Shown piece after piece: positions 1 through 10,206 of a stretch of DNA of 61,655 nt (the first letter of the stretch is position 1; every line of letters begins with the position of its first letter). The notes beneath the pieces were generated by a model. That model worked only from the letters and a program-made list of their open reading frames with translations. It searched no databases and was not told the DNA's origin. This DNA comes from Chloroflexota bacterium (GTDB lineage Bacteria > Chloroflexota > Dehalococcoidia > JACPQF01). A program made the position numbers and the translations under genes. The stretch lies in assembly GCA_016190625.1 (NCBI GenBank), contig JACPQF010000089.1:1-61655 (forward strand), written 5' to 3'.

Positions 1-138
1 AAAAAGCGGTGGGGAATCGCATCCGCTTTTTGGCACTATGTGGGGGGCAACAGCAGGTCTGGCAAACAATTCAGACCTCCTAGTGGGGACAGAATTCGCG
101 GGTCTCTGCATATTGCCAGTTTTCGGCTGCATTTCTAG
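1..138 (-). mobile_element. MITE family A, partial copy (window starts inside it)
   Basis: Reverse complement of 23722-23859 with one mismatch (pos 39). Ends in ttttcggctgcatttCTAG; the CTAG overlaps the TAG stop of the ATPase gene. Confidence 0.9.
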
Positions 139-1583
139 GCCGGTACGGGCAAGCCACGGAACAGATCGCCCGGCCCAACCAGCATGGCTCCTTGCTCTTC
201 GGCCAGTTCGATCAGCCGTTGGGTAAAGCCTCCCGCCGAGAACAGGACGTAGCGCGGAGCCGCCTGCCAGCGGCCGTGGGGAACCCGCTGCACCTTGTGC
301 TTAAGTCTGCCTAACTCATCGGCGTCGACGGCTGAGACGGCCCACTTGCATTCGCCGAACAGATAGCTGTCATCGGATAGCCGCGCTACCAGGTCCAACT
401 CGACCTCACTGTTCCGGCTCCACCAGCGCCCCATTTCCATTACCAACGGCAGGGAATAGGCCGAAGCGAAACGTGCCAGATGCTGGGCGCACACGGCTTC
501 GAAGATCTGGCTACCCATGTAATCATCGAGGCCTGGCGCCAGTAGCTCGGCCCAGGCGGCCTCCGGCGGCGCCATCTGAAGCGCGCTCCTGTTCTTGAAG
601 ACAAAACGGTACCAGCTCTTCAGAAGATTATCCCTTAGCCGGTATACGCCCCGCCGGTCTGGCTCCTCGAACGGCTTTTCATGCTCGACCCAGCGTAGCT
701 GTTGGAGTCGTTCCAGACACCGCAGCACGGTAGGCTTATCGACGTGGGATTGGTTGGTGATCTCGCCCAACTCGGTGGCGCCGCTGGCGATCGCGCCGAG
801 GATGGCATTGTAGCTGGAGTAATCACGGATGTCCCGTTCCTGGCGAATCAGGTTTTCGCCCTCGCGATGAAGCATACCCGAAGGGGCTAGCAGGAGGCGA
901 AACGCGTTTTTCGACAGCGGTTGGGTGGGATCGATGGCGTCGAGGTAGCGACCACCGCCGCCGAACAGACCATAGGCCCGCAGCAGATCGCGCGCCCCAT
1001 AGCCGGCTCCGGGAGGCGATCCCGCAATCAGGAACCGGGCCGAATCGTAATAATCCAGAGGCGTGTATCGTTCTGCCCAGTCAAAACGTCCGTGCAGGGG
1101 CCTCCCGTATTCGTCCAGGGCTGCCAGCATCCCGATCTCGGAGCCACAGAGAATGAGCTTCAGCAGGGTGCCTTTCGCCTCTTTGTCCCACACCGCTTGA
1201 ATCAAAGAGGGGATGGCCGTCTCGACATGGCAGAGGTAGCTGAACTCATCGAACACGACCAGCAGGGATTTCTCCACCGCCAGATCGCAAAGCAGTCTTA
1301 GGGCTGGCCGCCAACCGGGATAGTTCTGCAGCGTAGCGTCCTGCCGCGCCGGAAAAGCGCTTCGCACCTGGTCCAGCAACTCTTCGAGATTCTCCCGGGA
1401 GGAGGACTCGGCGCAAAGGAAGTAGATGCCATGGTGGCGTCGCAAGAAGTGCTGAAGCAGATAGGTCTTCCCCACCCTACGCCGGCCATAGAGCAGTCCC
1501 AAGGCGGGGCCAGTCTTGCGCCAGAGCTCTTCCAACCGCTCAAGCTCCCGTTCGCGATTTATCAGGCCTGCCATCTCTCCCAT
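135..1583 (-). CDS. Archaeal-type AAA ATPase (ATPase_2 + wHTH + DUF234-like PD-(D/E)xK domain)
   Basis: Walker A YGRRRVGKT, Walker B VVFDEF, C-terminal GRWW..EVELDLV..FGECKW. Confidence 0.85.
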   Translation of the reverse strand: MGEMAGLINRERELERLEELWRKTGPALGLLYGRRRVGKTYLLQHFLRRHHGIYFLCAESSSRENLEELLDQVRSAFPARQDATLQNYPGWRPALRLLCDLAVEKSLLVVFDEFSYLCHVETAIPSLIQAVWDKEAKGTLLKLILCGSEIGMLAALDEYGRPLHGRFDWAERYTPLDYYDSARFLIAGSPPGAGYGARDLLRAYGLFGGGGRYLDAIDPTQPLSKNAFRLLLAPSGMLHREGENLIRQERDIRDYSSYNAILGAIASGATELGEITNQSHVDKPTVLRCLERLQQLRWVEHEKPFEEPDRRGVYRLRDNLLKSWYRFVFKNRSALQMAPPEAAWAELLAPGLDDYMGSQIFEAVCAQHLARFASAYSLPLVMEMGRWWSRNSEVELDLVARLSDDSYLFGECKWAVSAVDADELGRLKHKVQRVPHGRWQAAPRYVLFSAGGFTQRLIELAEEQGAMLVGPGDLFRGLPVPA

Positions 1584-1601
1584 GTCATTGCACCAACTTA
1601 T

Positions 1602-1645
1602 TACGGTATAGATTTATAATTCGTAACTTATAAATCTATACCGTA
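1602..1645. promoter_or_regulatory. Perfect AT-rich 18-8-18 inverted repeat, candidate operator
   Basis: tacggtatagatttataa-ttcgtaac-ttataaatctataccgta, 18 bp upstream of the ATPase start. Confidence 0.65.
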
Positions 1646-1723
1646 TTATATCATAAGCAGGGAGCTCACGGTGAGAACTGCTTACGCCGACCCGCACGCG
1701 GGCGCAGCGGTGCTGCTGGCTAG

Positions 1724-3370
1724 CTAACCATCGACGGCAGTCGAGGGATGCCTCTGGCCGCTGTCCGCGCACTCCTCGGCCAGCCCCTCGCCGAAGGGCG
1801 CTCCCATCCTTCCCTGGGCAGGACTGGTGGCGAGCGACGGCGCCGTGTGCAGGAAGAAGCAGGCGATGACGCTCAGGACGCAGACGAAGAACCCGGCAAT
1901 GAATACCTCCTGGATGGACAAGCTCAGGGCGCCCTTGACTGCCGCTTCGATCCCGTCCTTGAAGGGCGCGAGCGGCGCCGGAAGCTGGCCGAATCCGCCG
2001 GATCCGCCCGGCGTCATCATCGACTGGGGATTGGCCAACTGGCCCATGACTCCCGACGACAGGCCCTGAGCCAACTGCGGCGGAAGCGCCGCGCTGAGGC
2101 GGCTCTGCAACTCGCTGCTGAAAACGCCGGTCATCAGGCTGCCGAGAATAGTAATGCCGATGGTGCCCCCGATGCTCCGGAAGAACTGAACCGACGAGGT
2201 CACCACACCCATAAACCGGCGCTCGAAGGAGTTCTGCACGGCGATCATGAACAGGGGCATGGTTATTCCCAGACCGAAGCCGGTGACGATCATGTTTCGC
2301 ACCACGACATCGCCCGAAGTGGCGACGTTCATTCCCGCCAGCAGGAACATGCCGCCGCTGACTATCACCATGCCCAGCGTGCCGATGAGCCCATACCGGC
2401 CGACGCGAGCGATGAGCTGCCCGCCGACTATACTGCCCACGACCACGCTCAGCATCATCGGCGTGGTGATCATGCCCGAGTTGGTGGCTGATTCCCCGAT
2501 TACGCCCTGCACAAACAGCGGCACGAACATGATCCCGGCGAACATGCCCATACCAGAGAGGAAGACCACGATGGCCGAGACTGAAAAGACCGAATTGCGG
2601 AACAGCCACAGGGGCAGGATCGGCTCGGTGGCCCGGCGCTCGATGGCGATGAAGGCGATCCAGGCGACGCCCGACAAGATCAGCAGCCCCAAAATCTGAG
2701 GCGACAGCCAGGCATAGTCTCGGCCACCCCAGGCCGTGGACAGCAGCATCGACACGATGGCAACCACCATAGTAATCGCCCCGGCGTAATCGATGCTGCG
2801 ACGCTCCTTGCTATTCAGAGCCGGTAGGGCGATGAGTAGGATGGCGGCGGCAACCAGGCCGAGGGGTAGGTTAACGTAGAAGACCCAGCGCCAGTCAAGG
2901 TTGTCCGTGATGTAGCCGCCAGCAGTGGGGCCGATGACGCTGGCGATGCCAAACACGCCCCCCATCACGCCTTGCAGCTTCGCCCTCTGGGTGGGCGGGA
3001 ACAAGTCGCCGATGATGGCCATGGCCACTGGCATTGTCGCCCCGGCGCCCAGCCCCTGGATGCCGCGGAACAGAATCAACTGGCCCATCGACTGCGACAT
3101 GCCGCTCAACGCCGACCCTAGCATAAAGATGAAGAGGCCGAGGATGTAGATCCGCTTGTGTCCGTAGATGTCGGCGATCTTTCCGTAGATCGGCATGCTC
3201 GTCGTGGCGGTGAGCATGTAGGTGGTGGCAACCCAGGTGTAGAGGCTCATGCCGCCAAGGCTGGCGATCACCCGCGGCATGGCCGTACCGACGATCGTCT
3301 GGTCGAGCGCACCAAGGAGCAAGCCACAAACAATGCCGGCGACGGCCAAATATAGTCGCTTCTTGCTCAA
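1724..3370 (-). CDS. DHA2 (EmrB/QacA) MFS drug efflux transporter
   Basis: LDQTIVGTAMP, GKIADIYGHK, WRWVFYVNLP motifs. Start uncertain: TTG 3370 (GAGGGG RBS) or GTG 3403. Confidence 0.9.
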   Translation of the reverse strand: MSKKRLYLAVAGIVCGLLLGALDQTIVGTAMPRVIASLGGMSLYTWVATTYMLTATTSMPIYGKIADIYGHKRIYILGLFIFMLGSALSGMSQSMGQLILFRGIQGLGAGATMPVAMAIIGDLFPPTQRAKLQGVMGGVFGIASVIGPTAGGYITDNLDWRWVFYVNLPLGLVAAAILLIALPALNSKERRSIDYAGAITMVVAIVSMLLSTAWGGRDYAWLSPQILGLLILSGVAWIAFIAIERRATEPILPLWLFRNSVFSVSAIVVFLSGMGMFAGIMFVPLFVQGVIGESATNSGMITTPMMLSVVVGSIVGGQLIARVGRYGLIGTLGMVIVSGGMFLLAGMNVATSGDVVVRNMIVTGFGLGITMPLFMIAVQNSFERRFMGVVTSSVQFFRSIGGTIGITILGSLMTGVFSSELQSRLSAALPPQLAQGLSSGVMGQLANPQSMMTPGGSGGFGQLPAPLAPFKDGIEAAVKGALSLSIQEVFIAGFFVCVLSVIACFFLHTAPSLATSPAQGRMGAPFGEGLAEECADSGQRHPSTAVDG

Positions 3371-3532
3371 GAAAGTTCTCCCCTCAGGTATTTGTGAAAC
3401 CACAGATGAATCCTTCTTCGGAAGGATGAACGCGAATAGACTCGGATGTTTGTTTCTTGCGAGAAGTCTCCGACCACGGGCTAAAGAACAACATCTCAAC
3501 CCCAAGAGCCACTTGAGGGAGGGGGTCTCCCC

Positions 3533-3985
3533 TCAACCCTCCAACTCGGCGGCAGAGCGCAGCTTCTCCAAGGAGTTTGCCAGCTTCTCGAGGTCCTCTA
3601 TTGGCAGGCGGCGAAGAATGTTCGATGCCTGGGTCAGCCTCACCTGCCGCAGCTTGCCAGCGGCGGCCGCGCCCTCGTCGGTGAGCCTGTTCATCACCAG
3701 TCGGCGGTCCTCCGGACTCTCGTATCGCTGGACCATGCCGTGCTCCACCAACCGATCGAGGATCCCCGTCATGGTAGGCAAGGTCACTCTGAGGGCGGAG
3801 GCCAGCGCCCCTACCGAAGCTGGCCCGCCATGCAAGAGAACCATCAGCACCTTCAACTGGGGCATGGTAAGGTCAAGCTTGAGCATCGCCTCCATGTCCT
3901 GCGGAAGGGAGTGCATAAGCACTTCCCCAAACAGCCGTACAACCCGCTCGATCAGCGCCTGTGACGATTCCTGTTCCTCGGCCAT
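3533..3985 (-). CDS. MarR family transcriptional regulator
   Basis: LTMPQ...LDRLVEHGMVQR..PEDRR..LTDEG signature; directly upstream of the MFS gene. Confidence 0.92.
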   Translation of the reverse strand: MAEEQESSQALIERVVRLFGEVLMHSLPQDMEAMLKLDLTMPQLKVLMVLLHGGPASVGALASALRVTLPTMTGILDRLVEHGMVQRYESPEDRRLVMNRLTDEGAAAAGKLRQVRLTQASNILRRLPIEDLEKLANSLEKLRSAAELEG

Positions 3986-4195
3986 AGCATTGCCCTCCCA
4001 TACAATCGCATCGCCTGATATTCAGACAATACTTGGTTTAACCCTAAGCATTTGTGAGACAATAATAGAATAGGTGAAACAAAACATTTTGTCAATAGGA
4101 AAACGTGTTGACCGTCGACACCATGCTCTCTGCAATTGACAGACACAACATATCTGCCCTAAAATGAACATGGGAAAGACGCGAGGAGGCTCACG

Positions 4196-4756
4196 GTGGT
4201 AGCTCATCTGGTGAGATGGCAGTTCACGGTGGACGATTATCACCGCATGGCGCAGGCTGGTATCCTGGGCGAAGACGATCGCGTCGAGCTCATCGAAGGC
4301 GAGGTCGTAAAGATGACTCCTATCGGTCGCCGTCATGCCTCATGCGTCATTCGCACCAACGAAACCTTCGTGAAGGCGTTCAACGACGTCGCCGCGATTT
4401 CCGTCCAAAACCCCGTGGTGCTCGACCAATATACCGAGCCTCAGCCTGATTTCGCCCTTCTTCGCCGCCAGCCGGACTTCTATGCGTCGCGCCTTCCGAC
4501 CCCCGCGGACGTGTATTTGCTCGTGGAGATCAGCGACAAAACGGTCGAAGCAGACCGCCGGGTTAAGGTGCCGCTATACGCTAAGAGTCACGTCACCGAG
4601 GTATGGCTGGTAGATGTCGAGCAAGAGACTATCACCGTCTACCGCGATCCCTCTCCCGATGGTTATCGCACTGCTCGCGTGGCACGCCGAGGCGAACACA
4701 TTGCCCCATTGGCATTTTCGGATAGACCTATTGCGGTAAGCGATGTTCTCGGCTGA
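4196..4756 (+). CDS. Uma2 family endonuclease
   Basis: FTVDDYHRM..RVELIEG, EPQPD, LLVEISD..D..K..LYA; GGAGG RBS before GTG. Confidence 0.92.
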   Translation: MVAHLVRWQFTVDDYHRMAQAGILGEDDRVELIEGEVVKMTPIGRRHASCVIRTNETFVKAFNDVAAISVQNPVVLDQYTEPQPDFALLRRQPDFYASRLPTPADVYLLVEISDKTVEADRRVKVPLYAKSHVTEVWLVDVEQETITVYRDPSPDGYRTARVARRGEHIAPLAFSDRPIAVSDVLG

Positions 4757-4771
4757 CCAATGCGGCTTGTC

Positions 4772-5917
4772 CTAGCTGCTGGCCAACTGGGCAACCCACT
4801 TGCGCAAGAAGGTGTCCGATAGGCGGTACTTGCCCTTGGGAGAGGCCTCCACGATATCTTCCTGGATCAGGTATTTCAGCGATTTCTGCACCGTCGACGC
4901 CGGCCCGAGGCCGTTCTTCAAGCGGTACGCCTGGGAGAACACACCTTCCCCGTTCCCGATAGCCAAAGCGATGAGAACGAGACGCCGATGGGGGGACAGC
5001 TTGTCCCATAGCTCCTTGCAGCGGGCGTCTTCCGCATCGAGGACCTGGCTCAGGGCCTGCTCCACAACCTCGGGCGTGACTGCTACCCCTTCGGCGTCGG
5101 CAATCGCCCAGGCGAAATAGCATAGCTCCTGCGTATCGTGAGGATGACGCTCCGTGATTGCGAGGATGCGCCCGATAGCCTCCGGGACAATTCGCCGTCC
5201 CGATGCTCGGAAACGTTCGCCAATAAACGCACTGAAGTCTTCTTCTGCTATCTCGCGTAAACGAACGGGCTTGGCCATTCGATACAGCGCCTCGCTTTTG
5301 TGCGAGAAAAGGCTCTCCATGAGATGCCGCTTGCTGCCCAAGAAGACGTGGGACACGTCGTTCTGGTTCTGGAAAATGGACCGCATCACCCCGGGAAGCG
5401 CGGGGTCAATCGACATTACTTCCTGGAACTCGTCCAGAATCAGCGCCACTCGGCGCTTTCGATCTGAAGCGACCTTCGCCAGGATCTCTAGCAGGCCCTC
5501 GATAGTTCGATCTATGTCTCGCGTCACCGGGCTCGCGTCGAATTCGAAAGAGTAACTGCCATCGGGTTTCAGAACGATCTTGGGCCGCACTGGCAGAGAG
5601 GAGAAGAAGTCTGCAGCCCGCTGCAGCATCCGTTCGTGGGTAGGAATAAGCCCCTCGTGGATGGCCGCCGCCAGGCGCTCCGCGAGTTTGTCCTTTGCGG
5701 GGGAGCGGAAAAGGTCGATGTAGGCTACCAGGACATCCCGCTTCCTCAGGTGTTCGGCAGCCTGAAGGACGAGCGATGTCTTGCCATAGCGCCGCGGCGA
5801 GATAACAACCAGATCCTGTCCATTGAGGACGTCCGATTCTATCTCTGTTAGCTCGCCCTCCCGGTCGGTGAAGTACTCTCCCGAGACTACCTTGCCATAG
5901 CGGAACGGGTTCGTCAT
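4772..5917 (-). CDS. Archaeal-type AAA ATPase with C-terminal winged helix
   Basis: NPF.YG..F.DRE, SPRRYGKTS, LILDEFQ, C-terminal helix + YRLSDTFL. Confidence 0.85.
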   Translation of the reverse strand: MTNPFRYGKVVSGEYFTDREGELTEIESDVLNGQDLVVISPRRYGKTSLVLQAAEHLRKRDVLVAYIDLFRSPAKDKLAERLAAAIHEGLIPTHERMLQRAADFFSSLPVRPKIVLKPDGSYSFEFDASPVTRDIDRTIEGLLEILAKVASDRKRRVALILDEFQEVMSIDPALPGVMRSIFQNQNDVSHVFLGSKRHLMESLFSHKSEALYRMAKPVRLREIAEEDFSAFIGERFRASGRRIVPEAIGRILAITERHPHDTQELCYFAWAIADAEGVAVTPEVVEQALSQVLDAEDARCKELWDKLSPHRRLVLIALAIGNGEGVFSQAYRLKNGLGPASTVQKSLKYLIQEDIVEASPKGKYRLSDTFLRKWVAQLASS

Positions 5918-5939
5918 CGCTCACGCCCTCTATCTGAAC

Positions 5940-5967
5940 TGGCGTTACGCTATTTGGCGTAACGCCA
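5940..5967. promoter_or_regulatory. 11-6-11 inverted repeat, candidate operator
   Basis: tggcgttacgc-tatttg-gcgtaacgcca, just upstream of the second ATPase. Confidence 0.55.
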
Positions 5968-6011
5968 ATCAGTATAACCCAGGCGCAGCAATTCGTCAAG
6001 ACTGGAATGAC

Positions 6012-6608
6012 CTACGTTTCGATGCTGCCCTTCGTGCTGGGGACCTGGCCTTGGAGACGGCCGTCGGGGCGGGTGGCTACGTCGAGGGCGCGGGCCAGGG
6101 CTTTGAAGATGGCCTCGGCTTTGTGGTGGTCGTTCTTTCCCGACATCAGGCGGGCGTGAATGTTTATGCGCGATTCGTCGGCCAGCGAGTGGAGAAAGTG
6201 GCCTATCAGCTCGGTGGGTAGCCTGCCAACCTTGGGCCGCTCGAACTCGGCGTCTACGATGGCGTAGCCCCGGCCGCCGATGTCTACCGCCACCAGCGCC
6301 AGCGCCTCGTCCATCGGGACGATGGCGTGGCCCATCCGCACGATGCCCTTGCGCTCGCCGAGAGACTGGCTTAGAGCCCGACCTAGAGTGATAGCCACGT
6401 CCTCTACCGTGTGGTGAGCGTCGATGTCGAGGTCGCCGGCCGCGGCTACCGTGATGTCGAAGCGGCTGTGTCTGGCGAGGAGGGTGATCAGATGGTCCAG
6501 CATGCCGACGCCGGTCCTGACTGAAGATTCGCCCGACCCATCGAGGTCGATTTGCACGTTGATATCGGTTTCTCCGGTTTTCCGACTCACCTCAGCGGCT
6601 CTGTTCAT
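6012..6608 (-). CDS. hisB: Imidazoleglycerol-phosphate dehydratase
   Basis: Starts MNRAAEVSRKTGET (TGATG overlap with hisC); DAHHTVED and NDHHKAEAIFKA motifs. Confidence 0.97.
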   Translation of the reverse strand: MNRAAEVSRKTGETDINVQIDLDGSGESSVRTGVGMLDHLITLLARHSRFDITVAAAGDLDIDAHHTVEDVAITLGRALSQSLGERKGIVRMGHAIVPMDEALALVAVDIGGRGYAIVDAEFERPKVGRLPTELIGHFLHSLADESRINIHARLMSGKNDHHKAEAIFKALARALDVATRPDGRLQGQVPSTKGSIET

Positions 6609-7714
6609 CACTCCAGCTCCCTCCCTATCTTGGTTAAGGCGTCCAATAACGCCGCCGTGTGCTCCGGCTTGCCCACGCTGATGCGGAGGGCGTTGCGCAG
6701 CAACGGCTTGTCGAAATAGCGAATGAAAATGCCCTGTTTGTCCAGCTCCTCCTTGATGGCGCGAGCGCTGCCTCGCCGCACGTAGCAGAAGATGAAATTG
6801 GCGTCGGTCGGACACGGCTGCAAGAAGTCCAGCGCCGTCAGGCCGGCCATGAGATTGTCTCGCTCGGCGAGGATGGCCTTGACGGTGCGATCCCGAAACT
6901 CCAGATCGGCCAGGGCCTCGACGGCGGCCACCTGCGCCGCCGCGTTCACGTTGTAGGGCGGCTTGATCTTCCACAAATGCTTGACTATCGGCTTCGGCAC
7001 GATGCCGTAGCCCACTCTTAGTCCGGCCAGACCCGCCCACTTGCTGAAGGTGCGGGCGACGATCAGGTTGTCATAGTGGGGCACGAGGTCGGCCACCGTG
7101 GCGCCGCCGGCGAACTCGTAATAGGCTTCGTCGACGAAGACGATCAGGCCGGTGTCGAGCAGTTCGATTATCGTTTCCCGCGGGGTCAGGTTGGCCGTGG
7201 GGTTGTTGGGCGAGGCCACGAAAATGAGCTTGGACCTGGCGTCGATGGCCTGCTTCACCGCCCGGGCGTCGATGGCGAAGTCCGCCGTGCGCGGCACTTC
7301 GATAACCCTGCCACCGCAGATCGCCGTGTTGAAGCTGTACATGCCAAAGGTGGGAACGCAGTTGACGACGCCGTCGCCCGGCGCGAGGACGAGGCGGAGG
7401 ACGAGATCGATTAACTCGTCGCTGCCGTTGCCGGCGATGATGTGCCCAGCGTCGAGGCCGACGTAGGACGCCAAGCGCCGGCGCAATTCGCTGTGGCCGG
7501 GGTCGGGATAGATGTGGAGCCAGGCGAAGGCCTGCAATGCCCGGTTCACCCGCGGTGAGCAGCCGTAGGGGTTCTCGTTGCCGTCCAGCTTGATGAGCCG
7601 CTCCATCGGTATCCCCACCTGCTCGCTCAGAACCTCGAGGGGAACGATGGGGACATACTCCTCCGCTTCCAGCAGATCCTGTCGCAGCAGCGCGGAAACG
7701 CCCGTAGCTTTCAT
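6608..7714 (-). CDS. hisC: Histidinol-phosphate aminotransferase
   Basis: NENPY, GNGSDE, PNNPT, DEAYYEF, RTFSKWAGLAGLRVGY. Confidence 0.96.
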   Translation of the reverse strand: MKATGVSALLRQDLLEAEEYVPIVPLEVLSEQVGIPMERLIKLDGNENPYGCSPRVNRALQAFAWLHIYPDPGHSELRRRLASYVGLDAGHIIAGNGSDELIDLVLRLVLAPGDGVVNCVPTFGMYSFNTAICGGRVIEVPRTADFAIDARAVKQAIDARSKLIFVASPNNPTANLTPRETIIELLDTGLIVFVDEAYYEFAGGATVADLVPHYDNLIVARTFSKWAGLAGLRVGYGIVPKPIVKHLWKIKPPYNVNAAAQVAAVEALADLEFRDRTVKAILAERDNLMAGLTALDFLQPCPTDANFIFCYVRRGSARAIKEELDKQGIFIRYFDKPLLRNALRISVGKPEHTAALLDALTKIGRELE

Positions 7715-9060
7715 GACTGGGTCTCCTTCCCGGAAACAGCCTTGGCCAGCCGCATCTCCAGCGCCCGGGCGTGCGCCGTCAGGCCCTCGGCCTTCGCAAT
7801 GGCGGCGGCAGCCGGACCGGCTCGCCGCATTATCTCCTCGTTCACCGCCACCAGACTGATCACCTTGACGAAATCGGCCAGATTGAGGGGCGAGCTAAAC
7901 CGCGCCGTCCCACCGGTGGGCATCACGTGGCTCGGGCCGGCCGCGTAATCGCCCAGCGCCTCCGACGACGACTCGCCGAGGAAAATGCCGCCGGCGTTCC
8001 GGACCTTGCCGAGGTAGGATGGGCCTTCCCGCACCGTGAGGCAAAGATGCTCGGGCCCGTATTCGTTGGCCAACTGGATCGCCTCGTCGATGCTGGCAGC
8101 CACCACAATGGCGCCCTGGCGATCGAGCGATTGACGAGCAATCTCCCGCCGGGGCAGGTCCACCAGTTGCCGCTCCACTTCTTCGTCCACCAGTCGGGCG
8201 AAGTCGCGGGACGTGGTGATCAGGAGGGCGGAGGCCAGGGGGTCATGCTCCGCCTGGGCCAGCATGTCGGCGGCGCAGAGCGCGGGATCGGCGCTGTCGT
8301 CGGCGATTATCAGCGTCTCGGTCGGCCCCGGCAGAGCGTCGATGCCTACCACGCCGAAAACCTTCCGCTTGGCCAGAACCACGAAGATGTTCCCCGGCCC
8401 GAGGATCTTGTCGACCCGCGGCACCGATTCCGTGCCGTAGGCCAGGGCGGCCACCGCCTGGGCGCCGCCGAGGCGAAAGACCCGGTCCACGCCGGCCAGG
8501 TCCGCCGCCACGAGAATAGACGCCGGCACCTTCCCGTCCGCCTTTGGCGGCGTGGTCAGGACCACCTCCTCGACGCCGGCCACCTTCGCCGGAATGGCCG
8601 TCATGAGCACCGTGGAAGGGTAGGCGGCCGTGCCGCCGGGAACGTAAAGCCCGACGCGCGCCAGGGGCCGCACGATCTGTCCCAGGGCGCCCTCAGAGAA
8701 ATCGACCCAGCCCTGGACCCGCTGCTTTAGGTGGAAATCGCGTATCCGCCCGGCCGCCGTTTTCAGGGCCGAGAGCAATGCCTCGTCGACCTCGGCAGAG
8801 GCGGCGGCGATCTCGTCGCGAGAAACCTCGAAGCTGCCTATTCTGGCGCCGTCGATGCGGAGGCTGAGGTCTCTCAGGGCTTCGTCGCCAGACTGGCGGA
8901 CGTAGGCGATGATCCTATCTACTACTTGATCGGCGGTTAGGTCCTCGCCGAAGGTCTCCCTCACCCGCTGCTTGCCCATCGGGCTGAGCTCTGCCTCCTC
9001 GAACGGCTTGCGGCGGAGAACGGTGGACCGGGCGGCGTTTACGTCGTCGATAATCCTCAT
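7711..9060 (-). CDS. hisD: Histidinol dehydrogenase
   Basis: GLYVPGG, GPGN, AQAEH, PEHL, GPSHVMPT. Confidence 0.97.
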   Translation of the reverse strand: MRIIDDVNAARSTVLRRKPFEEAELSPMGKQRVRETFGEDLTADQVVDRIIAYVRQSGDEALRDLSLRIDGARIGSFEVSRDEIAAASAEVDEALLSALKTAAGRIRDFHLKQRVQGWVDFSEGALGQIVRPLARVGLYVPGGTAAYPSTVLMTAIPAKVAGVEEVVLTTPPKADGKVPASILVAADLAGVDRVFRLGGAQAVAALAYGTESVPRVDKILGPGNIFVVLAKRKVFGVVGIDALPGPTETLIIADDSADPALCAADMLAQAEHDPLASALLITTSRDFARLVDEEVERQLVDLPRREIARQSLDRQGAIVVAASIDEAIQLANEYGPEHLCLTVREGPSYLGKVRNAGGIFLGESSSEALGDYAAGPSHVMPTGGTARFSSPLNLADFVKVISLVAVNEEIMRRAGPAAAAIAKAEGLTAHARALEMRLAKAVSGKETQS

Positions 9061-9096
9061 TTCTCAATCCAATCGCGTTGTTCAGGTCGCGACATT

Positions 9097-9119
9097 GGGC
9101 GAGCGCCGCTCGCCCCTAC
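9097..9119 (-). repeat. GTAG-type REP-like palindrome
   Basis: gggcgagcgccgctcgcccctac between hisG and hisD. Confidence 0.7.
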
Positions 9120-9159
9120 AGGACGGATCGTCAAATCCTCCACCTGGGTCGCACCGGCA

Positions 9160-10206
9160 TTAACCTCTTCCACCGCTTGCCTCCACGGCATCTTGAACGA
9201 GCTGGGGTGGCTTGAGGGCGGCAAGGAGCTTCCTGTAGGCGCCGCACTCGGTCTCGAAAATGTAGCGCGCTGGCACGACCGTGATGCCACTGCCGCCGAT
9301 CTGGCGGAGGTGGCCGATGGTCGAGAGCAACTGGCCGATCTTCACCACGATAGTCACCGCATACCAATCGTCCTGGCCCTCGAACTTGCTGTAGACTTTG
9401 GCGATGGTGGGACCCTGTATGCCCGCCAGCTCGGGACAGGTGAGCACGTGGCCCGCCACTGCCTCGGGCGAGATGCCGCGCAGGTTGGCGGTGACGCTGA
9501 GGTAGGCGCTGGCCCGCATTTTCGCTTCGATCTGCTCCAGCAGAACGCTCATGGCGGCGAGCTTGGCGGAATCGCCCCGCAGCAGGCGAGAATTGCCTAT
9601 CAGGCAGGCCTGAGTGCGAAATATGGTTCCCCCGATTATCGTCTTCAGGTGGTTCTCCCTTAACGTGGTCCCGGTCTCGGTCAGGTCGGCGATGATCTCG
9701 GCGTACCCCATGGAAGGGGCAGCCTCAAAGGCGCCCTGGGCGTGGACGAGAGTGAAGTGATTGATGCCTTTCGCGTAGAGGAAAGACTGGACCAGGCGCG
9801 GATACTTGGTGGCCAGGCGCAGCTCCCTGCCCTTTTCCTTGAAGCTGAGGGAAAGGTCGGCCACATCGGCGATGGACGAGACGTCGATCCAGCCATCGGG
9901 CACGGCAACCACGAGGTCGCAACGAGCGTAGCCGAGGTCGCCAAGGACCACCATGATGTCGCTGCCCTCGCGGCTGTACTCGTGAACCGTGTCCAGGCCC
10001 GTGATCCCGACGTCGGCGCTGCCCTCTGCGACTTTGTCGGCGATGTCCGCCGCCCTTTGGAACAGCACGACAGTATCGGGGAGAGCCGGCATCGTCGCCA
10101 CGTACTGCCTGGCGTTTGGCCGCTCGACCTGCAAGCCGCAGGCGGCAAGAAAGCCCAGCGTGGGCTCCTCCATGTTCCCCTTGCTAGGCAGGGCAAATCG
10201 CAACAT
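9160..10206 (-). CDS. hisG: ATP phosphoribosyltransferase, long form
   Basis: ALPSKG, GITGLD, ATKYP, ADLTETGTTLREN; C-terminal regulatory domain with GPTI. Confidence 0.95.
   Translation of the reverse strand: MLRFALPSKGNMEEPTLGFLAACGLQVERPNARQYVATMPALPDTVVLFQRAADIADKVAEGSADVGITGLDTVHEYSREGSDIMVVLGDLGYARCDLVVAVPDGWIDVSSIADVADLSLSFKEKGRELRLATKYPRLVQSFLYAKGINHFTLVHAQGAFEAAPSMGYAEIIADLTETGTTLRENHLKTIIGGTIFRTQACLIGNSRLLRGDSAKLAAMSVLLEQIEAKMRASAYLSVTANLRGISPEAVAGHVLTCPELAGIQGPTIAKVYSKFEGQDDWYAVTIVVKIGQLLSTIGHLRQIGGSGITVVPARYIFETECGAYRKLLAALKPPQLVQDAVEASGGRG

Noticed and set aside
1602-1645. dif/lox-type recombination site
   Set aside because: Only the geometry is similar; no XerC/XerD arm consensus, no recombinase nearby, and it lies close to the probable origin.
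6609-7040. HisB N-terminal extension in the 342-aa ORF (likewise the extensions of ORFs 33227+, 16597- and 3505-)
   Set aside because: These overlap real upstream genes or repeats; family similarity starts at later start codons with RBS or coupled junctions.
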